The translations under genes and the position numbers were made by a program. 64,000 bases of DNA from NCBI GenBank assembly GCA_963749655.1, contig CAVVOB010000018.1, forward strand, positions 179,248 through 243,247, read 5' to 3'. A model generated the notes under the pieces. That model made no database searches, was not told the origin of the DNA, and worked only from the letters and a program-made list of their open reading frames with translations. The first letter of the stretch is position 1. Every line of letters begins with the position of its first letter. The stretch is from Nitrospirota bacterium. Lineage in GTDB: Bacteria; Nitrospirota; UBA9217. This document shows, piece after piece, positions 17,256-26,843 of the stretch.

Positions 17256-18497
17256 TTATGCGATTTTCTCGTAGATCAGCAGCGGTTCCGCCCCTTCGGT
17301 GATTACCTCTACATTGATCACGCATTCCCTGATGCCGGGCTGCGAAGGAACATCATACATCACATTGAGCATGACGTCTTCGAGAATGGCGCGCAGTCCC
17401 CGAGCTCCCGTTTTTCGCTGGATGGCTTTCTTCGAGATCGCTATGAGCGCATCGTCGGTAAACCGCAGCTTGCAGCCCTCGAGCGCCAGCAGCTTCTGAT
17501 ACTGTTTTATGAGCGCGTTCTTCGGCCGTGTCAGAATGTCGATGAGCGCGTGTTCGTCAAGCTCTTCGAGCGTGGCGACGACCGGCATGCGTCCGATGAA
17601 CTCGGGGATGAGTCCGTATTTGAGGAGGTCGCCGGGCTGGAGGTTGGCCAGCGTTTCGCTCAGTTTCCTCTCCTTTTTGCTCTGGATATCGGCGCCGAAC
17701 CCCATGGTCTTCTGGCCGATCCGCTGATCGATGATCGTATCCAGGCCCACGAATGCTCCGCCGCAGACGAAGAGGATGTTCTTCGTATCCACCTGGATGA
17801 ACTCCTGGTGCGGATGTTTGCGCCCCCCCTGGGGCGGCACGCTCGCAACGGTGCCTTCGATCAGCTTCAGGAGCGCCTGCTGTACGCCTTCTCCGGAAAC
17901 ATCGCGCGTAATGGACGGGCTCTCGGATTTGCGGCTTATCTTGTCGATTTCATCGATATACACGATCCCGCGCTGGGCGCGCTCCACGTCATAGTTGGCG
18001 TTCTGAAGGAGCTTGAGGATGATATTTTCAACGTCCTCGCCAACGTAGCCCGCTTCGGTAAGGGTCGTCGCATCGGCGATGGTGAAGGGCACATCGAGGA
18101 TGCGCGCCAGGGTCTGGGCGAGAAGGGTCTTGCCGACGCCGGTGGGGCCGATCAGCAGGATATTGCTTTTCTGAAGTTCGACCTCGTCGCCGATCTCCTG
18201 CTGGATGCCGATGCGTTTGTAATGATTGTGGACCGCCACGGACAGGATCTTCTTGGCCCGTTCCTGGCCGATCACGTATTCATCGAGCGTGCGCTTGATC
18301 TCCGCCGGTTTCGGCAGGCGGGGAATCTTAGCTTCCTTTGTTTCCTCCCACTCCTCGGCAATGATCTCGTTGCACAGGTCCACGCATTCGTTGCAGATGA
18401 ACACCGACGGCCCTGCGATGAGCTTCTTTACCTCATCCTGGCCCTTGCCGCAGAACGAGCATTTGAGGGGCGTTGCATGGTCTTTCTTCTCAGTCAT
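17256..18497 (-). CDS. clpX: ATP-dependent Clp protease ATPase subunit
   Basis: CSFCGK zinc finger, [24 protein letters not shown]. Confidence 0.98.
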   Translation of the reverse strand: MTEKKDHATPLKCSFCGKGQDEVKKLIAGPSVFICNECVDLCNEIIAEEWEETKEAKIPRLPKPAEIKRTLDEYVIGQERAKKILSVAVHNHYKRIGIQQEIGDEVELQKSNILLIGPTGVGKTLLAQTLARILDVPFTIADATTLTEAGYVGEDVENIILKLLQNANYDVERAQRGIVYIDEIDKISRKSESPSITRDVSGEGVQQALLKLIEGTVASVPPQGGRKHPHQEFIQVDTKNILFVCGGAFVGLDTIIDQRIGQKTMGFGADIQSKKERKLSETLANLQPGDLLKYGLIPEFIGRMPVVATLEELDEHALIDILTRPKNALIKQYQKLLALEGCKLRFTDDALIAISKKAIQRKTGARGLRAILEDVMLNVMYDVPSQPGIRECVINVEVITEGAEPLLIYEKIA

Positions 18498-18500
18498 ACG

Positions 18501-19106
18501 TTACTTCTCCTTGAGCGGCCGGGAAACTTTTTTCGCGATAACCTCGTCAACGAGCCCGTAGGCCTTCGCGTCAGCTCCGGACATGAAAAAATCCCGCTCC
18601 GTGTCCGAATGGATTTTGTCCACCGGCTGGCCGGTATGATTCGCGAGGATCGTGTTCAACGTTTCCTTCATGTGGAGGATCTCTTTTGCATGAATCTCGA
18701 TGTCGGTGGCCTGGCCCTGGAACCCTCCCAGGGGCTGATGAATCATGATGCGGGCGTGGGGCAGCGAGAACCGCTTTCCCTTCGTGCCCGAAGCCAGGAG
18801 CAGCGCCCCCATGCTTGCAGCCTGACCGATGCAGATGGTCGATACGGGCGACTTGATGTAATTCATGGTGTCGTAGATCGCAAGTCCTGCCGTCACGATG
18901 CCGCCCGGCGAGTTGATATAAAGGTAAATGTCCTTGTCGGGGTCGTCAGCTTCGAGAAAAAGCAGCTGCGCGATAACGGTGTTGGCGACAATGTCGTCGA
19001 TCGCCGTGCCGAGAAATATGATGCGGTCTTTCAGCAGGCGGGAATATATATCGTAAGCCCGCTCGCCGCGGCTCGTCTGTTCAACAACAATGGGGATCAA
19101 GGACAT
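18501..19106 (-). CDS. clpP: Clp protease proteolytic subunit
   Basis: [34 protein letters not shown]. Confidence 0.98.
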   Translation of the reverse strand: MSLIPIVVEQTSRGERAYDIYSRLLKDRIIFLGTAIDDIVANTVIAQLLFLEADDPDKDIYLYINSPGGIVTAGLAIYDTMNYIKSPVSTICIGQAASMGALLLASGTKGKRFSLPHARIMIHQPLGGFQGQATDIEIHAKEILHMKETLNTILANHTGQPVDKIHSDTERDFFMSGADAKAYGLVDEVIAKKVSRPLKEK

Positions 19107-19129
19107 ATTCATTCCTTTCTTTCTTTGTT

Positions 19130-20410
19130 TCAATTATAACTCTTCTTTGCCTTTGAAAGCAAGAGACCGAGCACCTTTTCACGCTTCAGCGATCCCCGCA
19201 GGTTGTCGAGACCGCCTTCCTGAGACTCGTAGTACTTCCTCACCGCATCGGGAGTCTGTCCCGCGCTCCGCGCCATGACGGAGATCGACGCGTCGATTTC
19301 CTTGTCGGCAACCTCGATATTTTCCTTATCGCCGATCGCGTCGAGCAAAAGGATTCCCTTGACCCGCTTTTCGGCCATTTGCTTGTTCTCCTCCGAGAAT
19401 TTCGCAAAATCGAAGGTCTTCACATCGACGCCGCGCCGTGCCATGCGAGTTGCATGGGACCTTGCCATGGATTGCAGCTCCCGTTCCACCATCCCCGGCG
19501 GGACATCGAAGGTATGACCATCCACGAGCTTTGACAGGATCGCTTCCCGCTGGTCTGAGGACTGCTCGTCCCGCTTTCGCGCTTCCAGGTCTTTCCTGAT
19601 GCCTGACTTCAATTCCTCCGCAGTTGTATAATTGCCGATGTCCTTGGCGAACTCGTCGTTCATCTCGGGCAGGACCTTCTTTTTGATCTCTTTCAGGGTG
19701 ACCGTGAATGTCGCGTCCTTTCCGGCAAGGTTCTTGTTGTCGTAGTCCTCCGGGAAATTCAGCTTGATCTCACGCGTATCTCCCTTTGCCATCCCTACCA
19801 GCTGGTCCTCGAAGCCGGGAATCAGGGAATTCGAACCCAGGTGCAGGAGATAATCGGATGCTTTGGCGCCTTCTATGGACTTGCCCTCGCGAAACCCTTC
19901 AAAATCAATGATCGCGGAATCGTTCTTCTCGAGCGGCCGCCCCTCCACGACCTCAAGCTGGGCGTACATCTCCCGAAGCCGGTCCACGGTCTCGTTGAGC
20001 TCTGCATCGCTCACCGTCAAGGGCGCTTCCTTCACCTCAATGCCTTCGTAGGCGCCGAGGGTGATATCCGGCCGCACTTCAACAACGGCCGTGAAGTTCA
20101 GGGGTGAATTCTTGTCGAGAGGAGAAATATTCGTGATGCTCGGCAGCTCCACGGGGCTCAGTTTATGCTCCTCCAAGGCCTGAAGATAGGAGGTGGTGAT
20201 AAGTTTGTTCATCACCTCGGTTTCGATTTCCTGGGCATAGTGGCGCTCGACTATGGACCTGGGCGCCTTGCCGGGGCGGAATCCCGGGATCTTGGCTTTC
20301 TTTGCCACGTCGGCAACGGCTTTTGTCATTTCCTGTGCAATCGCATCAGGGGTGACCTGGATGTGCAGCTTTTTTTTGACTGTGCTGATGTCTTCGATCG
20401 TTGACTTCAT
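19130..20410 (-). CDS. tig: Trigger factor
   Basis: [10 protein letters not shown] ribosome-binding loop, FKBP domain; canonical tig-clpP-clpX order. Confidence 0.97.
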   Translation of the reverse strand: MKSTIEDISTVKKKLHIQVTPDAIAQEMTKAVADVAKKAKIPGFRPGKAPRSIVERHYAQEIETEVMNKLITTSYLQALEEHKLSPVELPSITNISPLDKNSPLNFTAVVEVRPDITLGAYEGIEVKEAPLTVSDAELNETVDRLREMYAQLEVVEGRPLEKNDSAIIDFEGFREGKSIEGAKASDYLLHLGSNSLIPGFEDQLVGMAKGDTREIKLNFPEDYDNKNLAGKDATFTVTLKEIKKKVLPEMNDEFAKDIGNYTTAEELKSGIRKDLEARKRDEQSSDQREAILSKLVDGHTFDVPPGMVERELQSMARSHATRMARRGVDVKTFDFAKFSEENKQMAEKRVKGILLLDAIGDKENIEVADKEIDASISVMARSAGQTPDAVRKYYESQEGGLDNLRGSLKREKVLGLLLSKAKKSYN

Positions 20411-20530
20411 TTTGCTACCGCCTTCTCGTACGAATTTATAAAATTGCCAAGTAAAACCGGAGCTGAGATGAAAAAATCGCGCCTGATTTCATCCCGCTGA
20501 ACAATGGCCTGAACTTCCATAATATATAAT

Positions 20531-20613
20531 TGGTGCGAGAGGGGGGACTTGAACCCCCACGGTCACCCACCAGATCCTAAGTCTGGCGCGTCTGCCAGTT
20601 CCGCCACTCTCGC
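20531..20613 (-). tRNA. tRNA-Leu(TAG)
   Basis: GCGAGAGTGGCGGAACTGGCAGACGCG-CCAGA-CTTAGGA-TCTGG...GTTCAAGTC...CTCTCGCACCA. Confidence 0.95.
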
Positions 20614-20765
20614 CAGAGATATAACTGGAGATATAATAAGGAAGGCAGTGAAGGACGGCCTCTCCTCGCCCTTGTTCAGGAAAATCAGCGAAAACATCAA
20701 ACGACATTTCGGCTTGCGCCGCGAGAGGCCTTCTGCGGCCATGGTGATCGGAACCGATAACAGAC

Positions 20766-21152
20766 CTAGCCGGCTATTTCCGCCTTCCATACTTTTTTAC
20801 CGGTGCCGTCTTCAACCTTGGACAGCTTAAAGATAAGCGTTTTTTCTTCCGTCACTTCAACCGGCTTGGCGTTATTCGGATGAGATTTGAACGAAAGAGC
20901 CTTGTTCGACTTATAAGAAAGGGTGATCTTCACCTTGACAGGCCATTTCCCGTCGCTTCCCCGGCTCATTTTTTCCACGATGGTTACCGGAGACTGCAGT
21001 GTAATGAACCCTCCCATGAACAGGCTGCTGTTCTGAACGGCTTTGATTATTTCTTCGTCCTTAGGTGCAAAAAATTTGGAGCAACCGAACACGGTCAATG
21101 CACTCAACGTCACGATCATAATTACCGACAACTGTCTTGAACAGCGAAACAT
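20766..21152 (-). CDS. Hypothetical lipoprotein (paralog of 6971-7324)
   Basis: Lipobox VFGC; GAGGAG RBS; motifs shared with 6971-7324. Confidence 0.8.
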   Translation of the reverse strand: MFRCSRQLSVIMIVTLSALTVFGCSKFFAPKDEEIIKAVQNSSLFMGGFITLQSPVTIVEKMSRGSDGKWPVKVKITLSYKSNKALSFKSHPNNAKPVEVTEEKTLIFKLSKVEDGTGKKVWKAEIAG

Positions 21153-21367
21153 AAGCTCCTCTCCTCAATAAATAGAATTTGAGCCGACAACGAGTTCCCT
21201 TATCATTTGGATCTATAACCGATCATTTCGGGGCACGCCGGTCCTTCTCTCTCGTCCGGCCCGTGCCGAAAGCAATGATAAATTTACCGGAAATAGCGCT
21301 GTTTGTCAAAAAAAAATTAAGGAATTCCGCCTTATGAACGGGCTTCCGGTTTGCGTCGTTCCTGATT

Positions 21368-21406
21368 AAAAAAACGAGCCCGGCAAGAGAAAACTATTGC
21401 CGGGCT
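21368..21406 (-). terminator. Terminator after tRNA-Lys
   Basis: agcccggcaa-N10-ttgccgggct with an A run on the plus strand. Confidence 0.7.
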
Positions 21407-21418
21407 TCCCTGAATTTC

Positions 21419-21494
<76 letters not shown>

Positions 21495-21535
21495 ATAGCA
21501 AAAAATGATGAGAGTACCAGATGCAAAGCGGCTAC

Positions 21536-21564
21536 ATTATACTTATCTTGCCGTGCAGATGCAA
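21536..21564 (-). promoter_or_regulatory. Sigma-70 promoter for tRNA-Lys
   Basis: TTGCAT-N17-TATAAT. Confidence 0.6.
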
Positions 21565-21608
21565 CAAGAAAATCAAATCAGGAAGGTTTTTTCGGCCTCT
21601 TTTTTAGT

Positions 21609-21740
21609 GGAGCCCCCTCGGCAGGTGCCGGAGGCTCCCTCGAACAACGCGACCTCCCGGAACTGCGAACTCACGCATGCGTGACACGTTTGTGTCACGC
21701 GCGAGTGAGCGTTTTCCACCCCCGGCCGGAGCCGGGGGAT
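21609..21740. repeat. Triple-hairpin palindromic element (possible MITE or IS200-like end remnant)
   Basis: Hairpins at 21609-21638, 21670-21709 and 21719-21738. Confidence 0.45.
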
Positions 21741-21802
21741 GCCAAGGCGCGGGATTGCGGATTACTCACCCGATTCGTATGATTTTCATTCCCCATTGAC
21801 TA

Positions 21803-21931
21803 TGGTGCGCCCGGCAGGAGTCGAACCGTGCAGCCGTCGCCCGTGAAGGGCTCCCCAGAGGGGGCCCGCCCCCTCTGGCATCTCCCCCGAATCGCAGGGG
21901 AGCGTCTCCCCTGCACCCCTCAGGCCGCAGG
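21803..21931 (-). repeat. tRNA-linked structured element, copy 1 (antisense segment + 85-nt core + duplicated 3' end of tRNA-Arg(TCG))
   Basis: 21803-21835 repeats the tRNA 3' end (one insertion, one substitution); core 21836-21920 is homologous to 22539-22624. Confidence 0.85.
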
Positions 21932-21980
21932 AGAACATTTGCATCGGTCATTGCCGGATTTTTTGCAATCAGCAAGTTCT

Positions 21981-22057
<77 letters not shown>

Positions 22058-22143
22058 CTAACAAATGCTGAATTCGGTCGGAATGAAGAATTCGAATTTA
22101 CGATTGGCTTTTCATTCCGCATTCGACATTCTGAATTAAAAAA

Positions 22144-22220
22144 TGGTGCGCCCGGCGGGAGTCGGACCCACGACCTTTGGCTTCGGAGGCCAACGCTCTA
22201 TCCAGCTGAGCTACGGGCGC
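22144..22220 (-). tRNA. tRNA-Arg(CCG), T-loop reads GTCCGA
   Basis: TTGGC-CTCCGAA-GCCAA anticodon arm; CCA end. Confidence 0.9.
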
Positions 22221-22227
22221 AAACAAA

Positions 22228-22303
22228 TTGCGGATTGTCGACTGCGGATTGCCGATTTTCAGGCTGTGCCTTCAATCCGCAATCCGAAATTCGCAATCCG
22301 CAA
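22228..22303. repeat. AATCCGC-type heptamer inverted-repeat array in a tRNA spacer
   Basis: ttgcggattgtcgactgcggattgccgatt ... aatccgcaatccgaaattcgcaatccgcaa. Confidence 0.75.
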
Positions 22304-22311
22304 CTAAAAAT

Positions 22312-22388
22312 TGGGGTGAGCGACGGGGCTTGAACCCGCGGCCACAAGGGCCACAACCTTGTGCTCTACCAGCTGAGCTACGCCCACC
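22312..22388 (-). tRNA. tRNA-His(GTG) with encoded G-1
   Basis: CAAGG-TTGTGGC-CCTTG anticodon arm; ends CCCCA. Confidence 0.95.
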
Positions 22389-22506
22389 ATAAAAATATAT
22401 TTACCCTAACCCTTAATTGAATGGTGCCTATTTTATAGTTTCGTATGCAGTTTGTCAACAAACAATCAGCAATCCAATCCGCAATTCACAATCCGAACTT
22501 GTAAAC

Positions 22507-22635
22507 TGGCGCGCCTGAAGGGATTCGAACCCCTGACCGTCGCCCGTAAAGGGCTCCCCAGAGGGGGTCTGCCCCCTCTGGTATCTCCCCCGAAGCTCAG
22601 GGGAATCTTTCCCCTGAAACCCCTGGGGTCAAGGG
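22507..22635 (-). repeat. tRNA-linked structured element, copy 2 (antisense segment + 86-nt core + duplicated 3' end of tRNA-Arg(TCT))
   Basis: 22507-22538 is identical to 22686-22717; core homologous to copy 1. Confidence 0.88.
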
Positions 22636-22685
22636 ACTGCATTTTTCAATTCGCAATCAGCGATTCGCAATCCGAAATTACAAAC

Positions 22686-22762
22686 TGGCGCGCCTGAAGG
22701 GATTCGAACCCCTGACCCACAGCTTAGAAGGCTGTTGCTCTATCCACCTGAGCTACAGGCGC
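22686..22762 (-). tRNA. tRNA-Arg(TCT)
   Basis: ACAGC-CTTCTAA-GCTGT anticodon arm; GTTCGAATC; GCCA end. Confidence 0.96.
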
Positions 22763-22771
22763 AAGATTCGT

Positions 22772-22872
22772 GAGTTTTAAGTTGTTAGTTTTGAGTTTTA
22801 AATTGTCGGTGCTGAGTCGATCAGAAAACCCATCCGACAGGAGCTCAAAACTAATAACTACAAACTAAAAAC
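22772..22872. repeat. AACTCAA/AACTAAA-type heptamer inverted-repeat array with no gene inside
   Basis: gagttttaagttgttagttttgagtttt ... ctcaaaactaataactacaaactaaaaac. Confidence 0.75.
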
Positions 22873-22882
22873 CGTCGTAAAC

Positions 22883-22959
22883 TGGTCGGGGCGAGAGGAT
22901 TTGAACCTCCGGCTTTCTGCTCCCAAAGCAGACGCGCTACCGGGCTGCGCCACGCCCCG
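22883..22959 (-). tRNA. tRNA-Pro(TGG)
   Basis: CGGGGCGTGGCGCAGCCCGGTAGCGCG-TCTGC-TTTGGGA-GCAGA...GTTCAAATC...ACCA. Confidence 0.96.
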
Positions 22960-23000
22960 AGTTCTGTCGCAACTGCTTACCCCTGTTTCGTGTAGGGCAT

Positions 23001-23029
23001 ATAATACTCACACTCCTCTGCCTTGTCAA
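23001..23029 (-). promoter_or_regulatory. Sigma-70 promoter of the Pro-Arg-His-Arg-Arg tRNA operon
   Basis: TTGACA-N17-TATTAT. Confidence 0.7.
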
Positions 23030-23224
23030 GCCCCGAAAGACCATAAAACCGCAATATTTCACTCATGTGGCGGCATTAACAAATTCCTCGTGACCGACAT
23101 CCGGAATTGCCGGGGCCGTATCCACCGAATTCGATTATGCACGCCTTTCCTCTGAATATAGCAAAAATTTGTCCAAAGGCCGCAGCCCGGCAGGCCGCCA
23201 TATCCGCCGCGCACTAACAAGGTT

Positions 23225-23253
23225 TTGCCTTGAAATATCACCTGTTTTATACT
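23225..23253 (+). promoter_or_regulatory. Candidate sigma-70 promoter
   Basis: TTGCCT-N17-TATACT upstream of the ATG at 23266. Confidence 0.5.
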
Positions 23254-23265
23254 ATGATTACGGCT

Positions 23266-23520
23266 ATGGAAGAGCGGATCGGATCGGTGATAAAATTTTT
23301 CGACAAGGCGTCCATCGCCGCGGTGAAGCTCGACTTCGGCGATCTTGCGGTCGGCGACACCATCCGCGTCAAAGGCCCTTCAACCGACTTTACCCAGAAG
23401 ATAGAAGCCATGGAGTTCGACCATAAATCAGTGGACAAGGCCCTCAGGGGCCAGTTCACCGGCATCAAGCTCTCCCAGGCGGCAAAACCCTTCGACCTTG
23501 TGTACAGGATCACCGGATAG
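23266..23520 (+). CDS. Small beta-barrel protein (EF-Tu domain II-like / peptidase U32 C-terminal-like)
   Basis: IG.V..FF.K.S.AAV.L..G.L.VGD.I...G..TDF.Q.I..ME.DH..V..A..GQ..GIK pattern. Confidence 0.7.
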   Translation: MEERIGSVIKFFDKASIAAVKLDFGDLAVGDTIRVKGPSTDFTQKIEAMEFDHKSVDKALRGQFTGIKLSQAAKPFDLVYRITG

Positions 23521-23528
23521 CATCTGAC

Positions 23529-24500
23529 ATGCTCGCCTACGTCATAAAACGCGCCCTCCTGATGATTCCCATCCTTCTCGGCATCACGATACTGAGCTTC
23601 GGCGTCATGCGGCTCGCCCCCGGCGGCCCTGCCGAGGCGCAGATGGAATTCTCGGCCAAGGCGTCAGCGGAGGCCCGGGAGCGGCTCAGGAAACTCTACG
23701 GCGCCGACCAGCCCTTCTACAAGCAGTACGGTACGTGGCTCCGGAAATTCATGACCCTCGATTTCGGCGAAGCTTTTGCCGACGGCCGCAAGGTCAAGGA
23801 CAAGATCCTCGAGCGCCTGCCCATCACACTCACGATCAATGCGCTGTCGCTCGGTCTGGTCCTTGTGATCGCCATTCCCATCGGCATCATGTCGGCCGTG
23901 CGACAATACTCGCTGCTCGACCGGTTCACTACGATTTTTGTTTTCATAGGATTTTCCACGCCTTCGTTCTGGCTTGCGCTCCTGCTGATCTACCTCCTGG
24001 GAGTCCAGTGGGGCGTGCTTCCCATTTCGGGTATTCAGAGCCTCGATCTCACGGGATTAACGTTCTGGGAGAGACTGGGAGACCGCGCCCGACACCTGAT
24101 CCTTCCGGTCCTTGTTTCAGCATTCGGCGGCCTTGCAGGCTTTTCCCGGTATATCAGAAACAACATGCTCGAAGTCCTGCGCCAGGACTATATCAGGACG
24201 GCCCGGGCGAAAGGGCTCGTCGAGAGAACGGTGATCTACAAGCATGCGCTCAGAAACGCGCTGATGCCGGTCATCACGATCCTCGGGCTTGCCCTTCCCG
24301 GCATCATCGGCGGCAGCGTGATCATGGAAACCGTATTCGGCATTCCCGGCATGGGCCAGCTCCTCTACCAGTCGGTTTTTTCGCGCGACTACAACCTGGC
24401 CATGGGAATTCTCGTTCCTGCTGCATTTCTTACGATGCTCGGCAACTTCCTGGCGGACATAGCCTACGCGTTCACGGACCCAAGAGTGAGATTGCGTTAA
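23529..24500 (+). CDS. Peptide/nickel ABC transporter permease (DppB/OppB-like)
   Basis: [23 protein letters not shown]...KHALRNA. Confidence 0.93.
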   Translation: MLAYVIKRALLMIPILLGITILSFGVMRLAPGGPAEAQMEFSAKASAEARERLRKLYGADQPFYKQYGTWLRKFMTLDFGEAFADGRKVKDKILERLPITLTINALSLGLVLVIAIPIGIMSAVRQYSLLDRFTTIFVFIGFSTPSFWLALLLIYLLGVQWGVLPISGIQSLDLTGLTFWERLGDRARHLILPVLVSAFGGLAGFSRYIRNNMLEVLRQDYIRTARAKGLVERTVIYKHALRNALMPVITILGLALPGIIGGSVIMETVFGIPGMGQLLYQSVFSRDYNLAMGILVPAAFLTMLGNFLADIAYAFTDPRVRLR

Positions 24501-24536
24501 TGCGGATTTCGGAATTCGGAATGCGGAATTTAAAAC

Positions 24537-25403
24537 ATGCCGAAAAAAAATAGCACCAACACTGAGTCGTTCGCAGCTCAAACATTTCACTACCTGATGA
24601 AGAACAAGCTCGCCGTCAGCGGCGGAGTGCTGGTTCTGCTCGTGTTTGCGCTGTCCATCCTTGCACCGTTGGTGGCTCCTTACAACCCCAGCACCATCGA
24701 CATCAAGAACATTCTTGTCGGTCCAAGCTGTTCCCACCTCCTCGGAACGGACGATCTCGGCAGGGACGTGCTTTCCCGCATGCTCTGGGGAGGCAGGATA
24801 TCCCTTGAGGTCGGTTTCGTCGCCGTAGGAATAGCCACGATCATCGGCGTCATTCTCGGCTCGATCGCGGGATATTACGGCGGCTGGATCGACAGCGCGA
24901 TCATGCGGGCCGTGGACATCATGCTGAGCATCCCCACCATTTTCCTCGTGCTTGCCGTTATCGCCATCCTCGAACCGAACATCATAAACATCATGATCGT
25001 GATCGGGCTCACAAGCTGGATGGAGCCCGCACGGCTCATTCGCGCCGAGTTCATCTCGTTGAAGGAGCGGGACTTCGTGATCGCGGCCCGCGCCATCGGA
25101 GCCACGGACGGACGCATCATCATCAGGCACGTTCTGCCGAACGGCATCTCCCCCATCCTGGTGTCAGCCACCATGGGCATAGGCGGTGCGATCCTCGTGG
25201 AATCGGCGCTGAGCTTCCTCGGACTCGGCGTTCAGCCTCCGACGCCGTCCTGGGGAAGCCTGCTCTCCTCGGGCAAGGACAATATTGAGATTGCCTGGTG
25301 GCTCTCCGCTTTTCCGGGCCTCGCGATACTGGTTACCGTGCTGGGCTACAACCTGCTGGGTGAAGGAATCCGTGACGCCCTCGATCCGAGGCAGCGGGAG
25401 TAG
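24537..25403 (+). CDS. Peptide/nickel ABC transporter permease (DppC/OppC-like)
   Basis: HLLGTDDLGRDVLSR, AARAIGA...RHVLPN, LSFLGLGVQPPTPSWG. Confidence 0.93.
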   Translation: MPKKNSTNTESFAAQTFHYLMKNKLAVSGGVLVLLVFALSILAPLVAPYNPSTIDIKNILVGPSCSHLLGTDDLGRDVLSRMLWGGRISLEVGFVAVGIATIIGVILGSIAGYYGGWIDSAIMRAVDIMLSIPTIFLVLAVIAILEPNIINIMIVIGLTSWMEPARLIRAEFISLKERDFVIAARAIGATDGRIIIRHVLPNGISPILVSATMGIGGAILVESALSFLGLGVQPPTPSWGSLLSSGKDNIEIAWWLSAFPGLAILVTVLGYNLLGEGIRDALDPRQRE

Positions 25404-25599
25404 GGGCTCACAAGAATCTTACTGTGAATCCGGGGCATGGTGGGAGTACTGCTGCATCGAAGGAACTTCTGTCCTGAAGGATATTTGCCGGGGCAGACGA
25501 ATGAAGCTGGATCGAAAGACAGGCTGAGATAAAAAACTCAGCCGCAGGGTAGTTCAGGCTCCAGCATAGACTTCCCGCACGAAAAACACCGCCCCTTGA

Positions 25600-26685
25600 T
25601 CATTTGTTTCCCGCCGACTCCTGCCTCGCCTTCCTCTTGTTCTGGCGGTACCTGCCCACGGCTTTTTCGTGCGAGCTGAAGTCCTTGGAAAAATAATGGC
25701 TGCCGTCGCCCTGGGCGACGAAGAACAGATAGTCCGCGTTCTCGGGATAGAGCGCAGCGAGGATGGAGCCTTCGCCGGGGTTCGCGATCGGCCCGGGCGG
25801 CAGGCCTTTGTGGAGGTAGGTATTGTAGGGCGACCGGCGCTTCAGGTCGTCTTTCGTCACCCGGGTGATCCAGGCCTTGGTGCCGTACACGGCCGTGGGG
25901 TCCGCCTGCAGTCTCATGCCCATCTTGAGACGGTTGTAGTATACCGCGGCAATGAGCTTGCGCTCCGCAGGCACCTTCGCTTCCTTCTCGACGATCGATG
26001 CGAGCGTCAGGATCTGATGTTCGGTGAAACCGAGCTCACCGGCGCGGTTGCGAAAGTTGTCGCCGAACACCGCCTTGTATCGCAGGACCATCTTCCGCGG
26101 GATGTCTTCCAGCTTGATGCCTTTGGGCAGGTAATAAGTATCAGGGTAGAGATATCCTTCGAGCGTATCTGCCTCGATCCCCAGCGAATGCACATACTCC
26201 TTGTTCTTCACCAGCGTGATAAACTCCTGCGGATCGGAGATGAGCGGCGTACCGGAGAGCGTCCATCCGATCTGGTACAGGTTGTACCCTTCCGGGATAA
26301 CCACCTCATACTCGATGATCCGCCCCTTGCGCAGGGCATCGAGGACTTCCCAAAGGCTCATGTTCGTGTTCAAGCCGTAGTAGCCGGTGCGCACTTTGCG
26401 GCTGATGCCCTGGATCCTGCCGATGATCTCGAAGTAGCCCCGGTAGCGGATCAGTCCTTCCCTCTGGAGCGCGCCCGCGATGGCCTTGAAACTCATGCCT
26501 TCGGTCACCTGGATTTCCTTCCAGGCCTTTTCCTTGGAGGGAGGGACGATCAAAGCGATGTAAAAATGGATGAGGATGGTAAGGGCCGCGGTGGCCGCAA
26601 GGAACGACAGCCAGAAATTGTGCTTGATCCACGTCCGTAAACGACCCCGGCCCGGACGCCCCCCCTGCTCAGAACCTTTTCCCAT
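25600..26685 (-). CDS. mltG: Endolytic transglycosylase MltG (YceG family)
   Basis: LEGYLYPDTY, LASIVEKE, LQADPT, SPYNTY..GLPPGPIANPG. Confidence 0.95.
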   Translation of the reverse strand: MGKGSEQGGRPGRGRLRTWIKHNFWLSFLAATAALTILIHFYIALIVPPSKEKAWKEIQVTEGMSFKAIAGALQREGLIRYRGYFEIIGRIQGISRKVRTGYYGLNTNMSLWEVLDALRKGRIIEYEVVIPEGYNLYQIGWTLSGTPLISDPQEFITLVKNKEYVHSLGIEADTLEGYLYPDTYYLPKGIKLEDIPRKMVLRYKAVFGDNFRNRAGELGFTEHQILTLASIVEKEAKVPAERKLIAAVYYNRLKMGMRLQADPTAVYGTKAWITRVTKDDLKRRSPYNTYLHKGLPPGPIANPGEGSILAALYPENADYLFFVAQGDGSHYFSKDFSSHEKAVGRYRQNKRKARQESAGNK

Positions 26686-26843
26686 CTGCGACCTCGCAAC
26701 GATTAGAAAATTTGTCGGATTAGCGGGATTTAGAGGAGCAGCCGATCAGTGGTGTCGCGACACGAAAGAAAGCGACCTGCTCCCATACTGGTCTTCCGCC
26801 TTCGTGCCTTCATGGTGTAGAGGCCGCCCCATGCCCGGCGACC

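Noticed and set aside
17028-19139. 703-aa plus-strand ORF and other long antisense ORFs (e.g. 27051-28841, 29301-30689, 7354-8571)
   Set aside because: Shadow frames opposite well-supported genes in high-GC DNA, with no recognisable motifs.
21803-21980. Integrated genomic island or prophage between attL/attR at tRNA-Arg
   Set aside because: Only ~145 bp lie between the duplicates and there is no integrase or cargo; kept instead as a mini-element finding.
22507-22640. Intron-containing or extra tRNA gene
   Set aside because: No 5' half (acceptor 5' strand, D arm, anticodon) is present upstream of the core, and it is too short for a group I intron.
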